From Escherichia phage PhiKM, in sequence record PQ738613: a stretch of 34,674 nt of DNA. The stretch is one strand, 5' to 3'. This document shows, piece by piece, positions 8,709-18,713 of the stretch. Position numbers and translations under genes: made by a program. Numbering within the stretch: the first letter of the stretch is position 1; each line of letters begins with the position of its first letter. Under the pieces are notes generated by a model. It was not told the origin of the DNA, ran no database searches, and saw nothing but the letters and a program-made list of their open reading frames with translations.

Positions 8709-10125
8709 CTATCTGCATGGTCCCGAAACCATTGAGGTGGAAAACGGTGCCCGCCCGGTTAAAACGGTGAAATCTGCCGTTATTGGCCTGATTGGTACCG
8801 CCCCGATGGGGGATGTCAATACGCTGGTACAGTGCCTGTCTGAGAAAGACGCAGCGGCATTTGGCAGCCAGTTCACCGGCTTTACCATTCCGCAGGCGCT
8901 GGATGCGATTTATGACCATGGTGCAGGCACCGTTCTGGTCATTAACGTCCTCGACCCGGCGAAACATAAAACGGCGATCGAGGATGAGGTGGTTACCTTT
9001 GACAAATCGACAGGGCAGGCCAGACTGGCGCATCCGGTTGTCGCTAATGTGGTGGTGAAAAACAGTGAAGGCAGCACCACCCACACGGCGAACACGGACT
9101 ACCGTGTTGATGCGCAGGCGGGTGTGCTCACGAACCTGGGCAAGGCTATTGAGGCCGGTGGCAGCGTGAAGGTGAGCTATGAGTACGCGGACCCGTCGAA
9201 GGTGACTGCGGCGGACATCATCGGCGGGGTGAACAGCGCCGGAAACCGAACCGGCATGAAGCTGCTTAACGACAGCTTCAACCTGTACGGCTATTTCGCC
9301 AAAATTCTGATTGCGCCGGTGTTCTGCACCCAGAAGAGTGTCGCAGTTGAGCTTATCGCCATGGCAGAGAAGCTGGGCGCGGTAACCTACATTGATGCGC
9401 CTGTCGGTACCACCTTTGCACAGGCTCTGGCAGGTCGTGGCCCGGAAGGCACCATCAACTTCAATACCAGCTCCGACCGCGTCCGTCTGTGCTATCCGCA
9501 TGTGAAGGTATATGACCCGGTGACAAACACAGAGCGTCTGGAGCCGCTCAGCCAGCGTGCAGCAGGTCTGCGTGCCAGAGTCGATCTGGACAAGGGCTAC
9601 TGGTGGTCATCCTCCAATCAGGAGATTCTGGGGATCACCGGCGTGGAGCGCCAGCTGTCCGCGATGATTGATGACCCGCAGAGTGAGGTGAACCTGCTTA
9701 ACGAACAGGGGATCACCACGGTATTCAGCAGTTACGGCAGCGGCCTTCGTCTGTGGGGTAACCGGACGGCAGCATGGCCAACGGTCACCCATATGCGTAA
9801 CTTTGAGAACGTTCGCCGCACCGGTGATGTGATCAACGAGTCCATTCGTTATTTCAGCCAGCAGTACATCGACATGCCGATTACTCAGGCGCTGATTGAT
9901 GCACTGACGGAGTCGGTCAACGCCTACGGTCGCAAAATGACTGGTGATGGTGCGGTACTGGGCTTCCGTTGCTGGTTTGATCCGGCCCGCAATCCGGAGA
10001 CGGAGCTGGCCGCCGGGCACCTGTTGCTGAGCTACAAATATACGCCACCACCGCCGCTGGAGCGACTGACGTTTGAGACTGAGATCACCTCGGAATACCT
10101 GTTAACCCTGAAAGGGGGCAACTGA
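8698..10125 (+). CDS. tail sheath protein (Mu L / P2 FI-like)
   Basis: 475-aa ORF, SD GGAGG before ATG 8698; size, position before tube gene, and sheath-like sequence. Confidence 0.85.
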   Translation: MAANYLHGPETIEVENGARPVKTVKSAVIGLIGTAPMGDVNTLVQCLSEKDAAAFGSQFTGFTIPQALDAIYDHGAGTVLVINVLDPAKHKTAIEDEVVTFDKSTGQARLAHPVVANVVVKNSEGSTTHTANTDYRVDAQAGVLTNLGKAIEAGGSVKVSYEYADPSKVTAADIIGGVNSAGNRTGMKLLNDSFNLYGYFAKILIAPVFCTQKSVAVELIAMAEKLGAVTYIDAPVGTTFAQALAGRGPEGTINFNTSSDRVRLCYPHVKVYDPVTNTERLEPLSQRAAGLRARVDLDKGYWWSSSNQEILGITGVERQLSAMIDDPQSEVNLLNEQGITTVFSSYGSGLRLWGNRTAAWPTVTHMRNFENVRRTGDVINESIRYFSQQYIDMPITQALIDALTESVNAYGRKMTGDGAVLGFRCWFDPARNPETELAAGHLLLSYKYTPPPPLERLTFETEITSEYLLTLKGGN

Positions 10126-10646
10126 TGTCAAAGATTGAGATAAACCGCATCACGAATGCCAACATCTATCTGGATGGTACTAACCTGCTGGGACGGGCTG
10201 AGGAAGTTAAACTCCCCGATGTCTCCATGATTATGCAGGAACACAAGGCGCTGGGGATGGTGGGTAAGGTGGAACTCCCGGCTGGTTTTGACAAACTGGA
10301 AGGCGAAATCAAATGGAACAGCTTTTACCGCGATGCGATGCTGTCTGCCGCGAACCCGTACAGGTCGCTGGCACTGCAGTGTCGTTCCAGCGTCCAGCGC
10401 TACAGCTCGCAGGGGCTGATTGACGAAATCCCGCTGGTCACCTTCCTGACGATTATGTTCAAGAAGAACCCGCTGGGGACGTTCAAACAGCACGAGAACG
10501 CCGAGTTCTCCAGTAGCTTCACCTGCACGTATATCAGACAGGTACTGGATGGTGAAGAGCTGCTGCAACTGGACTATCTGGCCAACATCTTCCGGGTCGG
10601 CGGTGTTGATCAACTGACTGACTACCGTATCAATATCGGGGGCTGA
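10125..10646 (+). CDS. tail tube protein (Mu M / P2 FII-like)
   Basis: 173-aa ORF immediately after sheath with ATGA overlap. Confidence 0.75.
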   Translation: MSKIEINRITNANIYLDGTNLLGRAEEVKLPDVSMIMQEHKALGMVGKVELPAGFDKLEGEIKWNSFYRDAMLSAANPYRSLALQCRSSVQRYSSQGLIDEIPLVTFLTIMFKKNPLGTFKQHENAEFSSSFTCTYIRQVLDGEELLQLDYLANIFRVGGVDQLTDYRINIGG

Positions 10647-10648
10647 CG

Positions 10649-10930
10649 GTGAGTGTTGAACTGACGGATAAAGGAGGACGATGTGCGGCACTGGGCATGT
10701 CAAATGGTACGTGGTTTACCCTCCTTGATATTCCGGGGGTGGAAACCCTTTTTAATACCCGTAAAACCAATGACCCGATTGACTGCACACGTTCAAAGGC
10801 CCGCAAACTGGCGGATTTGATTGAAGCATGGGAGCCTCCCGACCACTGGTTCTCCGGCATCGGCAAATCTGAGGGAAAGACGCTTCTCATCGCTTTCCTG
10901 CGTAACTGCAAGGGGTTTCGCACTTGCTGA
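10649..10930 (+). CDS. hypothetical protein (GTG start; uncertain)
   Basis: 93-aa ORF starting with GTG right after tube stop; an intrinsic terminator-like hairpin follows at 10937-10965. Confidence 0.35.
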   Translation: MSVELTDKGGRCAALGMSNGTWFTLLDIPGVETLFNTRKTNDPIDCTRSKARKLADLIEAWEPPDHWFSGIGKSEGKTLLIAFLRNCKGFRTC

Positions 10931-10936
10931 CATCAC

Positions 10937-10968
10937 AGGGGCTCCGGCCCCTTCTTCTTAATCTCCTT
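10937..10968 (+). terminator. rho-independent terminator-like hairpin
   Basis: AGGGGC (10937-10942) tccg GCCCCT (10947-10952) followed by TCTTCTTAATCTCCTTT. Confidence 0.45.
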
Positions 10969-11027
10969 TAATATCCGTCACGCGCTTCTCCCGACATACT
11001 GCCCTGAACTTACACAGGAGCACAATC

Positions 11028-11363
11028 ATGTCACAGACCCCATCCGATACTTTTAAATTGTCTTATCCCTTCACCACTGCTGCAGGCACCAGAATTGAGC
11101 TGGTTGAACTGAAACGCCTGACGGTAAAAGACCTGAAGCAGGTGCGCAAAATCAGCAAAAACCCGGCAGACTGGGACGAACCGCTGATTGCCCGCAGTAC
11201 TGGTCTTCTCCCGGAGGATCTCGACAATATGGATCTGGCTGATTACCTGCAGTTACAGAAACGATTTCAGCTCATCACGGGGATGGGTGAGAGCAACCAG
11301 GGCGCTGACGCAGGCGCAGGGGCTGCTGGCGAGATGGTTCCGGTTTCAGCCGGGGGAGATTGA
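11028..11363 (+). CDS. tail assembly chaperone (lambda G / P2 E analogue), frame-0 product
   Basis: 111-aa ORF with SD CAGGAG 8 nt before ATG, located between tube and tape measure genes; overlapped by a second ORF in the +1 frame. Confidence 0.65.
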   Translation: MSQTPSDTFKLSYPFTTAAGTRIELVELKRLTVKDLKQVRKISKNPADWDEPLIARSTGLLPEDLDNMDLADYLQLQKRFQLITGMGESNQGADAGAGAAGEMVPVSAGGD

Positions 11364-11445
11364 TGCCCTCGATACTGACGATCTGGAGATGTGGCTGGAG
11401 CAGGCTGAAGAGCAAATCAAAAGCGAGTACGGCGACAAATCATAG
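11028..11445 (+). CDS. candidate frameshift-extended tail assembly chaperone (frame 0 then +1 frame near 11352-11356)
   Basis: Frame +1 ORF (11188..11445) overlaps 3-prime end of frame-0 ORF; run of five G at 11352-11356 sits 6 nt before the frame-0 stop; extension encodes an acidic helical tail (EIDALDTDDLEMWLEQAEEQIKSEYGDKS). Confidence 0.45.
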
Positions 11446-11451
11446 TACAGA

Positions 11452-11480
11452 CAGCCGCCAGTAGCGGCTGTTCTGCGTTA
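11452..11480 (+). terminator. weak hairpin after extended chaperone ORF
   Basis: CAGCCGC (11452-11458) cagta GCGGCTG (11464-11470) followed by TTCTGCGTTA. Confidence 0.3.
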
Positions 11481-11520
11481 TCCCCTCACGTCTTTTCACC
11501 TTCCCCGGAGGTTAACCACT

Positions 11521-14386
11521 ATGTCGGGACAGTTTTCAGTCGGCGTTGTTATCGGCGGGATGATTGGCAGCACATTCCGTTCTGCAATGAGCGGTACCCG
11601 CCGTGCGCTTGATTCCCTGAGCGATACCTCACGCCGCCTGCAGGAACGTCAGAACGCTTTAACCCGTGCAACAGAACGTTATGGTCAACTGGGTTCTTCC
11701 CGGATGCAGCATCTCAACAGCGAGCTGCTGCGGGTAAGCCGCACCATGGAGCAAATTGAGCGCCAGCAGCGCCGTCTGTCAGCGGCATCCGCTACCAGTG
11801 ATGCGCTGAAAGCTAACCGCATGGCGCTGTATGGTCAGGGGATTGAAGCGTATGGCATGGCACAGACTGTTTATCATACGGTTTCCCCTGCCGTTCAGCA
11901 GTCCATGTCTTTTCAGGACAAAATGATTGATATGTCGATCACCGCAAAATATGACAATAAAACGCGGGATGCACTTGCCGGACAGATAAAAGGCTGGGCG
12001 CTTAAATACAATCAGTATCAGGATGAGCTGCAGGAGGCGATGGGTTCACTCATCAGCGACAATATTGATAATGTGTCAGATATCGGTTTTCTGATGCCGG
12101 ATATTGCCCGCGCGGCAACGGCAACACGCACGTCTGCTCAGGACTGGGCAAAAGTGGCCGCAGTCTGGCAAAACTCCCTGAAAGGCGCGGCCAGAGATTT
12201 TGGTGCCGTTCAGAATATTATGGCTTATGCCGGTGACCAGGGGTCATTTGAAATCCCGGATCAGGTCAAGTGGATGCAGTCCCTGGCCCCAATGATGGCG
12301 GGTATTGCCAGTGGAAAAGAGGCTGTTGCTGAAATCGGGGCCAGTCTCCAGATAGCAAAAATCGGTGCAGGTTCCACCGACGAAGCAGCCAATAATTTTA
12401 AAAACTTTCTTACCAAAATTTTTGCCCGCGATACTCAGAAACAGTTTGCTGATCTGGGTATTGATTTGCAGGGATCTATTGCGAGTTATAAAGCTGCGGG
12501 GATCTCTCCGATTGAAGGGATGTTGAGTGTTATAGAACGTTACCTCAATGCCAAAAGCCCCGAAGCGCTGGCCGGCTTCAAATCAGCCATGAAAATAAAG
12601 AATGATACGGCAAGAGATGAGGCACTTCAGGCTCTGGCGAAAAACTTTGGTCTGGGCGATATGTTCGCGGATATGCAGGTCATGGCATTTATCCGCCCGA
12701 TGCTGGCCAACATGGACAGATATCGAGAGATCCGTGCCGGTGCTCTCAGGGCTGCGGATAACGATTTGCTTGCCAGTGCTTATGATCAGCGGCTGAAATC
12801 TCCCCTTGAAGCCACTAAAACACTTATGGTCAGCAGTCGCGATCTGGCAATTACGCTGGGCGATCAATTAGCTCCATCTTTTATTTCTCTGACTCAGGAC
12901 TTGCTCCCACTCATTCAGGGGACAAAACACTGGGTGGCGACTCACCCGCAATTTGTCAGTGGGGCTTTTAAGCTCATCAGTGCGCTCCTTGCGATTAAGA
13001 TAGCGACTGTTGGTCTCAAACTGGGGCTGAATCTCCTTATTTCCCCCTTTGTGAACGTCTGGAAAACTGCTGTTTTACTCCGGACCAACTGGCATCGACT
13101 GACTACCGCACTCGGAGAAGGTGGCAAATTACGCTGGCTTGTCACTGGATTCAGCCGACTGACCAGCGGAGGACTGAAACTCAGCAAAGTTCTGGCGGGC
13201 AGCCTCGTTCGCGGTTTTATGAGCGCTGCACGTGCCGTTCTCTGGATTGGGCGAGCGCTGATGATGAATCCCATCGGTCTCGTTATCACCGCTGTCGCGG
13301 CAGCAGCTTACCTTATCTACCGCAACTGGGGGGCAGTCAGTGGCTGGTTTAAACAGCGCTGGGCTGACATTCAGGAAGCCTTTAACGGCGGTATCGCGGG
13401 AACTGGTAAGCTGCTGATTAACTGGTCGCCGGCANNNNNNNNNNNNNNNNNNNNNNNNNNNNNNNNNNNNNNNNNNNNNNNNNNNNNNNNNNNNNNNNNN
13501 NNNNNNNNNNNNNNNNNNNNNNNNNNNNNNNNNNTGGGCTGACATTCAGGAAGCCTTTAACGGCGGTATCGCGGGAACTGGTAAGCTGCTGATTAACTGG
13601 TCGCCGGCAGGTCTGCTCTATAAAGCCTTTGCAGCTGCGCTGAAATATCTTGGTGTTGATCTGCCGGCAAAGTTTACCGACTTCGGTGGCCATCTTGTCG
13701 ATGGTCTGATTAACGGTATCAAAAACAAATGGGAGTCGCTCAAATCCAGTGTAACCGGAATGGGCGACAGCATCAGTGGCTGGTTCAGCGAAAAGCTGGG
13801 CATTCATTCGCCGAGCCGCGTGTTTATGGGCTTTGGTGACAATATCGCGCAGGGGGCCGCCATTGGCCTGCAGCGGACCACTCCGCTTGCAGCTCTGGCC
13901 GGGCAGCGAATGGCCAGTGAACTGCTCCCCAGAATGCCCGTGAGCATTCAGGGGCCAGAAATACGGGATAACACTTCAGGTGTTCGCTTCAGTATGCCGT
14001 TGCCCGATATCAATGGGTTTATGTCGTCTGCTAAAAATGCGATCGGAGCCGTAATCAATAGTTTGTCTTCCATGCCCGCTATTCCGCTCTCCACCCGGGC
14101 ATCGATTTTACCAGGGCAACGTCTGGCAAATGAGATGACACCGGATGTTCCCCGTATCCCCTCGCCTGAAATCCTGGCTGCCGGATATTCAGGCCGTGGT
14201 GCAGCTGCAACCGGCGGTGGAACGTCTGGTGGTATCCAGGTCAGCTTTAATCCTCAGTTTTTCCTCAATGGCAGGGAAACCACAGCGCCTGCAGGACTGA
14301 CTGGTGCCCTGAATATGAGTCTGCATGAGCTGGAAAAAATGCTGGAGCGTCTGCTGGCTCAGAAACAACGTAAGGAGTACCGCTGA
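11521..14386 (+). CDS. tail tape measure protein (interrupted in this assembly by a 100-N gap and a 75-bp duplicated flank)
   Basis: Frame open 11521 to gap and from gap to 14386; peptide before the gap (WADIQEAFNGGIAGTGKLLINWSPA) is repeated verbatim after it; collapsing gap plus duplicate restores one continuous ORF of about 896 aa. Confidence 0.8.
13360..13609. repeat. 75-bp exact direct duplication flanking the gap (13360-13434 and 13535-13609), most likely overlapping contig ends
   Basis: Sequence tgggctgacattcaggaagcctttaacggcggtatcgcgggaactggtaagctgctgattaactggtcgccggca occurs immediately before and after the N run. Confidence 0.9.
13435..13534. other. assembly gap (run of 100 N)
   Basis: Directly visible; exactly 100 N, the conventional unknown-size scaffold gap. 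Confidence 0.98.
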
Positions 14387-15270
14387 TGTTTGCCGTACTG
14401 GGTGATATTGAGTTTGAGCTGATTACCTACTGGGACGGCTTCGAGGCCACGTTCGGCGTCGATTATGCGGAGCATGCCCGCATCGGGGGTAAGCCTGGTC
14501 TGCAGTTCGTCGGCGACAGGCTGGACGAAATCCAGATAACTCTGGTTTTCCATCAGCATTATTGTGTACCCGATGTGGAGCTGGCGAGACTGCGAACAGC
14601 CATGAAAGCCCATCAGGCACTGGCGCTGGTCTTCGGCAACGGTGACTATCGCGGCTGGTTCGTGATCACCGATGTGACTGCAACCAGCGAGCAGACTGAC
14701 AGTACCGGCAACGTGCTGGCTGTCAGTGCCACCGTGTCTCTCCGGGAATACACCGGTGACCCGAAAAATCCTCTGCAACCACCGGCAATACGCACGAAGC
14801 TCCCGGGTGTCGGGGCGGTCTCCGGTGCCATACCTTCACCTTCAGGGGTGGCGCAGTTCATCCGCAACGGCGTCAACTATGCGAAACAGGCGCAGTCTGT
14901 ACTCCAGACCACTATCAGCGCCGTTCGGGTGACACAGAAAATGAAGGATAACCCCGTTGTCGCACTGACCCGTGTGCCGGGGCTGATGAGCGGACTGGGT
15001 AATATCTCCGGGGCTCTGGGGAAAAGTGTTCCGGCGTTTAACGCACTCTCTGAATCCATGCCCGATGCCATCAGTCTGGCCAGAACAGCCAGCGAAGCAG
15101 CCACGTATGTACAGCAGGCACAGTCTGCGCTGAGTGGTGTGGACAAAAGAAATATTGCAGGTGCTCTGGATACCGTTTCCGGGCAGCTTAACGCCGTCGG
15201 CACAGCATTCAACCGCATGTCTCCGGGATTAAGTGCAATGGCCGCCAGAATACTGACGAGGAGTGTGTGA
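14386..15270 (+). CDS. tail protein, P2 gpU-like N-terminal domain with C-terminal extension
   Basis: 294-aa ORF, SD TAAGGAG before ATG overlapping tape measure stop; N-terminal about 125 aa shows gpU-like pattern as remembered; position after tape measure. Confidence 0.5.
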   Translation: MFAVLGDIEFELITYWDGFEATFGVDYAEHARIGGKPGLQFVGDRLDEIQITLVFHQHYCVPDVELARLRTAMKAHQALALVFGNGDYRGWFVITDVTATSEQTDSTGNVLAVSATVSLREYTGDPKNPLQPPAIRTKLPGVGAVSGAIPSPSGVAQFIRNGVNYAKQAQSVLQTTISAVRVTQKMKDNPVVALTRVPGLMSGLGNISGALGKSVPAFNALSESMPDAISLARTASEAATYVQQAQSALSGVDKRNIAGALDTVSGQLNAVGTAFNRMSPGLSAMAARILTRSV

Positions 15271-15482
15271 TGTTTCTTGAACATGTTACCCGTGACGGAG
15301 AGCGCTGGGATTCGCTGGCATGGCAGTACTACGGTGACCCGCTGGGCTATCCCCGGATTATTGCCGCCAATCCGCACGTGGCCATCACGCCGGTGCTGCC
15401 CTCCGGGCTGTTGTTACTGATCCCGGTGATTGAGGCTGAAGAAGCCCGTACAGAAGAGGATATTGCCCCATGGCTGAGATAA
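15270..15482 (+). CDS. tail protein X (P2 gpX-like, LysM-like fold)
   Basis: ATG at 15270 with SD GAGGAG 7 nt upstream, overlapping previous stop (GTGATG); about 70 aa with gpX-like features. Confidence 0.6.
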   Translation: MFLEHVTRDGERWDSLAWQYYGDPLGYPRIIAANPHVAITPVLPSGLLLLIPVIEAEEARTEEDIAPWLR

Positions 15483-16624
15483 ACAGCACTGCGCAAGTCA
15501 CATCAGCGTTAACCGGCGTCAGCGATGTGCTGACACCGGTGTTCACTCTGTGGTATCTGCAGAAAAACATCACCTCTGATATCGCGCCTTATGTCACCCG
15601 TGTGACCTGGAGCGATAACATCAAAAATGAGTCCGATACCATTGAGGTGGAGCTGGACGACACCGATGGCCGCTGGCTGGATAAATGGTATCCGGGCAAG
15701 GGTGACACGCTGACGCTGAAAATGGGCTATCAGGGCGAGAAGCTGCTGTCCTGCGGTACGTTCTCTATAGACGAGATCGAAGTGAGTTCGCCCGCTTCCG
15801 TTGTTTCTATCCGTGGGGTGGCCACCTCGGTTAACAGTGCCCTGCGGACTAAAACCAGTCGTGGTTTTGAGAACACCACGCTGGCAGCTGTTGCGGGGCG
15901 GATTGCCAGAAAGCACCGGCTGAAACTGGTGGGCAGCATTGAGTCCATCAGAATCGACCGGGTGACCCAGTATGCTGAAACCGACGTGGGTTTTCTGCGC
16001 CGGCTGGCCAGCGAGTATGGTTATGCAGTGAAAGTGGTCAGTGACCAGCTGATTTTTTCTCATCTGGCCACACTGCGCAGTCAGGAGCCGGTCAGGCAGT
16101 TAAAACCGCAGGATGTGGCCCGCTTTTCCCTGCGTGACACCATCAACCGGGTCTATAAATCTGCAAAGGTAAAACACCAGAAAAGCAGCAGTAAAAAACT
16201 GATCGTCTACGAAGCTGATGGTGGTACCCGTGAAAGCGACAAAAAGCTCAAAGGTGGTAAGGTTACCAGCGCTGACTCACTTAAAGTTAACAGCCGCGTC
16301 AGCGACCCGGACAGTGCCCGGATTAAAGCGGATTCAGCACTGGCCAGACATAACGAATACCAGCAGAACGGCTCCCTGACGCTGACGGGAACACCTCAAC
16401 TGACAGCAGGCAACAAAATTGAACTGGTGAGTTTTGGGCAGTTATCCGGGCCATGGCTCATAACCACTGCCCGCCATGCGTTTGACCGTAACAGCGGCTA
16501 CACCACAGAGCTGGAAGTGGCACGGGGGCCAGTCACAAGAGGGAAAAAACAAAAAACTCAGAAACTCACGGTTTATCACCCGGATGGCAGTACATCGACG
16601 GTGATTAAGGAGAAGAAAAAATGA
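15470..16624 (+). CDS. tail protein (P2 gpD / Mu gp44-like)
   Basis: 384-aa ORF with SD GAGGA; position between X-like and baseplate V genes. Confidence 0.7.
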   Translation: MAEINSTAQVTSALTGVSDVLTPVFTLWYLQKNITSDIAPYVTRVTWSDNIKNESDTIEVELDDTDGRWLDKWYPGKGDTLTLKMGYQGEKLLSCGTFSIDEIEVSSPASVVSIRGVATSVNSALRTKTSRGFENTTLAAVAGRIARKHRLKLVGSIESIRIDRVTQYAETDVGFLRRLASEYGYAVKVVSDQLIFSHLATLRSQEPVRQLKPQDVARFSLRDTINRVYKSAKVKHQKSSSKKLIVYEADGGTRESDKKLKGGKVTSADSLKVNSRVSDPDSARIKADSALARHNEYQQNGSLTLTGTPQLTAGNKIELVSFGQLSGPWLITTARHAFDRNSGYTTELEVARGPVTRGKKQKTQKLTVYHPDGSTSTVIKEKKK

Positions 16625-17217
16625 CTGGTGTCACTCGTCAGGTCGGTACGGTCAGTGCCGTTGATGCCGACAGGGTTCAGGCCCGCGTTCGTCTGCCTGA
16701 ATGCGATAACCTGCGCACAAACTGGCTTAACGTGCTGCAGCGCAATACCCAGGATAACAAAGATTACTGGCTCCCTGACGTGGGGGAGCAGGTTGAGGTG
16801 CTGCTCGATGCCAACGGCGAGGATGGTGTTATTCTGGGCGCGGTGTATTCAGACGTCGATAAACCACCGTTCAGTGACAAAAATATCCGGGGAACCCGGT
16901 TTGCTGATGGTGCAGAGTACAGCTACAACCGGAAGACGCACACTCTGATCATCCGGGGCGGCATTGAGCATATTGTCATTGAGTGTGGTGCTGATGTGGT
17001 ATTGAAAACACAGAAAGCCACGATTGACGCACCGGAAACCGAACTTACCGGAGATCTGCGTGTCAGGGGTAAGCTGATTTACGAAGGAGGCATGGCGGGT
17101 TCTGGTGGTGAAGGTGTTACCGCGACCATCCATGGCAATATCGAGATTAAAGGGAATGTCCATGCCACGGGCAGTATGTTGTCTGATGGCGAAAACTCCA
17201 GCCACCACTCCCACTGA
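16621..17217 (+). CDS. baseplate assembly protein V (spike)
   Basis: 198-aa ORF, SD TAAGGAG; sequence resembles P2 gpV family (VGEQV motif region, Gly-rich C-terminus). Confidence 0.8.
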   Translation: MTGVTRQVGTVSAVDADRVQARVRLPECDNLRTNWLNVLQRNTQDNKDYWLPDVGEQVEVLLDANGEDGVILGAVYSDVDKPPFSDKNIRGTRFADGAEYSYNRKTHTLIIRGGIEHIVIECGADVVLKTQKATIDAPETELTGDLRVRGKLIYEGGMAGSGGEGVTATIHGNIEIKGNVHATGSMLSDGENSSHHSH

Positions 17218-17271
17218 GCTTTTTAAACGCCTTTAATATCAGCGTTCCCGCACGGGGGCAATACTGCCCCC

Positions 17272-17619
17272 ATGAAAACAACCTCAGTATTCTGGCAACC
17301 AGCCCTGCAGGCTCCCGGCGAAATTGTCCGGGGGCTGGATGATATCCGGCAGGCGATTCAAATTATCCTGCGGACTCCCCGCGGCAGCGACCCGCATCGC
17401 CCGGAGTTCGGCAGCAATCTGCATCTTTATATCGACTGGCCTGTAGACCGGGCCATTCCGCATGTGGTGCGCGAATCCGTCGATGCCATCCGGCGCTGGG
17501 AGCCCCGCTGCCAGCTTATGTCAGTTAAACCCGCCGTCGACGGCGAACATCTTACGCTCCGGGTGAGCTGGAAAGGCTCAGACGGACAGACCCGGACTCA
17601 GGAGCTGCTATGGCGCTGA
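17272..17619 (+). CDS. baseplate protein W (GPW/gp25 family)
   Basis: 115-aa ORF; resembles P2 gpW from memory; directly precedes baseplate J. Confidence 0.75.
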   Translation: MKTTSVFWQPALQAPGEIVRGLDDIRQAIQIILRTPRGSDPHRPEFGSNLHLYIDWPVDRAIPHVVRESVDAIRRWEPRCQLMSVKPAVDGEHLTLRVSWKGSDGQTRTQELLWR

Positions 17620-18713
17620 CAGAACCCGATTTTATTGAACGCGATGCCGACAAAATCACGGCAGAAATGATTGCGAAGTATGAAGCGGATACCGGCAAAA
17701 CGCTGTACCCGGCACAGGCAGAACGTCTGCTGATTGATCTGTGGGCCTATCGCGAAATGCTGGTCAGGGTTGCGGTACAGGAGGCAGCAAAGCAGAATCT
17801 GGTCGCCTTTGCCCGTGAGCCGATGATTGATTACCTCGGTGAACTGGTCGGTGTATACCGTCTTGCCGCGCAGCCTGCCACCACCACGCTCCAGTTCTCC
17901 GTAGATGAGGCACTGGCCATTGATGTGCTGATCCCGGCAGGCACCCGCGTCAGCGCTTCCGACAGCGTTATTTTTGCCACCGATACAGATGTGGTACTGA
18001 AGGCCGGATTGCTGCTGGTCAATGTCACGGCCACCTGTACCGAACCCGGTACCGCTGGTAACGGCTGGCAACCTGCGCAGGTCAGTCAGTTACTCGATGA
18101 GATTGATAACGTTAACCTGCTGGTGAGCAATCTGATGGCCAGTTCCGGCGGTTCAGAACAGGAAGACGATGACAGGCTCCGGGAGCGTATCAGGCTGGCC
18201 CCGGAGTCATTCACCAATGCCGGAAGCCGTGGCGCATACCGCTTTCATGCCATGCAGGCCCATCCCAACATTGTCGATGTTGCTGTGCTTTCCCCGGTTC
18301 CCGGGACCGTAGATCTGTATCCGCTGCTCAGTACCGGTCTGCCGGACGGCGGTGTTCTCACGCTGGTAGAGAGTTTCTGCTCTGATGAGAAAGTCAGGCC
18401 ACTCACTGATACAGTGCGGGCTAAAACACCAGTGAAGGTGGATTACACCATTGAAGCCAGGATTACGATCTATCGTGATCAGGATGCCAGGTCTGTAAAA
18501 GATGCCGCTAACAGCGCCATACAGAACTGGGTGGCATCACGTGCCGCCACGCTGGGGCGCGATATTGTCCCCAGCCAGATTATCAGTGCATTGTCCGTTT
18601 CCGGGGTGTACCAGGTTGAACTGGTGACACCGGCACTGCGGGTGGTGGCAGAAAACGAATGGGCAAACTGTACGGCAATCACTCTTAACATGACTGGAGT
18701 GTCTGATGACTGA
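17610..18713 (+). CDS. baseplate protein J
   Basis: 367-aa ORF overlapping W stop; P2 gpJ-like size and position. Confidence 0.8.
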   Translation: MALTEPDFIERDADKITAEMIAKYEADTGKTLYPAQAERLLIDLWAYREMLVRVAVQEAAKQNLVAFAREPMIDYLGELVGVYRLAAQPATTTLQFSVDEALAIDVLIPAGTRVSASDSVIFATDTDVVLKAGLLLVNVTATCTEPGTAGNGWQPAQVSQLLDEIDNVNLLVSNLMASSGGSEQEDDDRLRERIRLAPESFTNAGSRGAYRFHAMQAHPNIVDVAVLSPVPGTVDLYPLLSTGLPDGGVLTLVESFCSDEKVRPLTDTVRAKTPVKVDYTIEARITIYRDQDARSVKDAANSAIQNWVASRAATLGRDIVPSQIISALSVSGVYQVELVTPALRVVAENEWANCTAITLNMTGVSDD

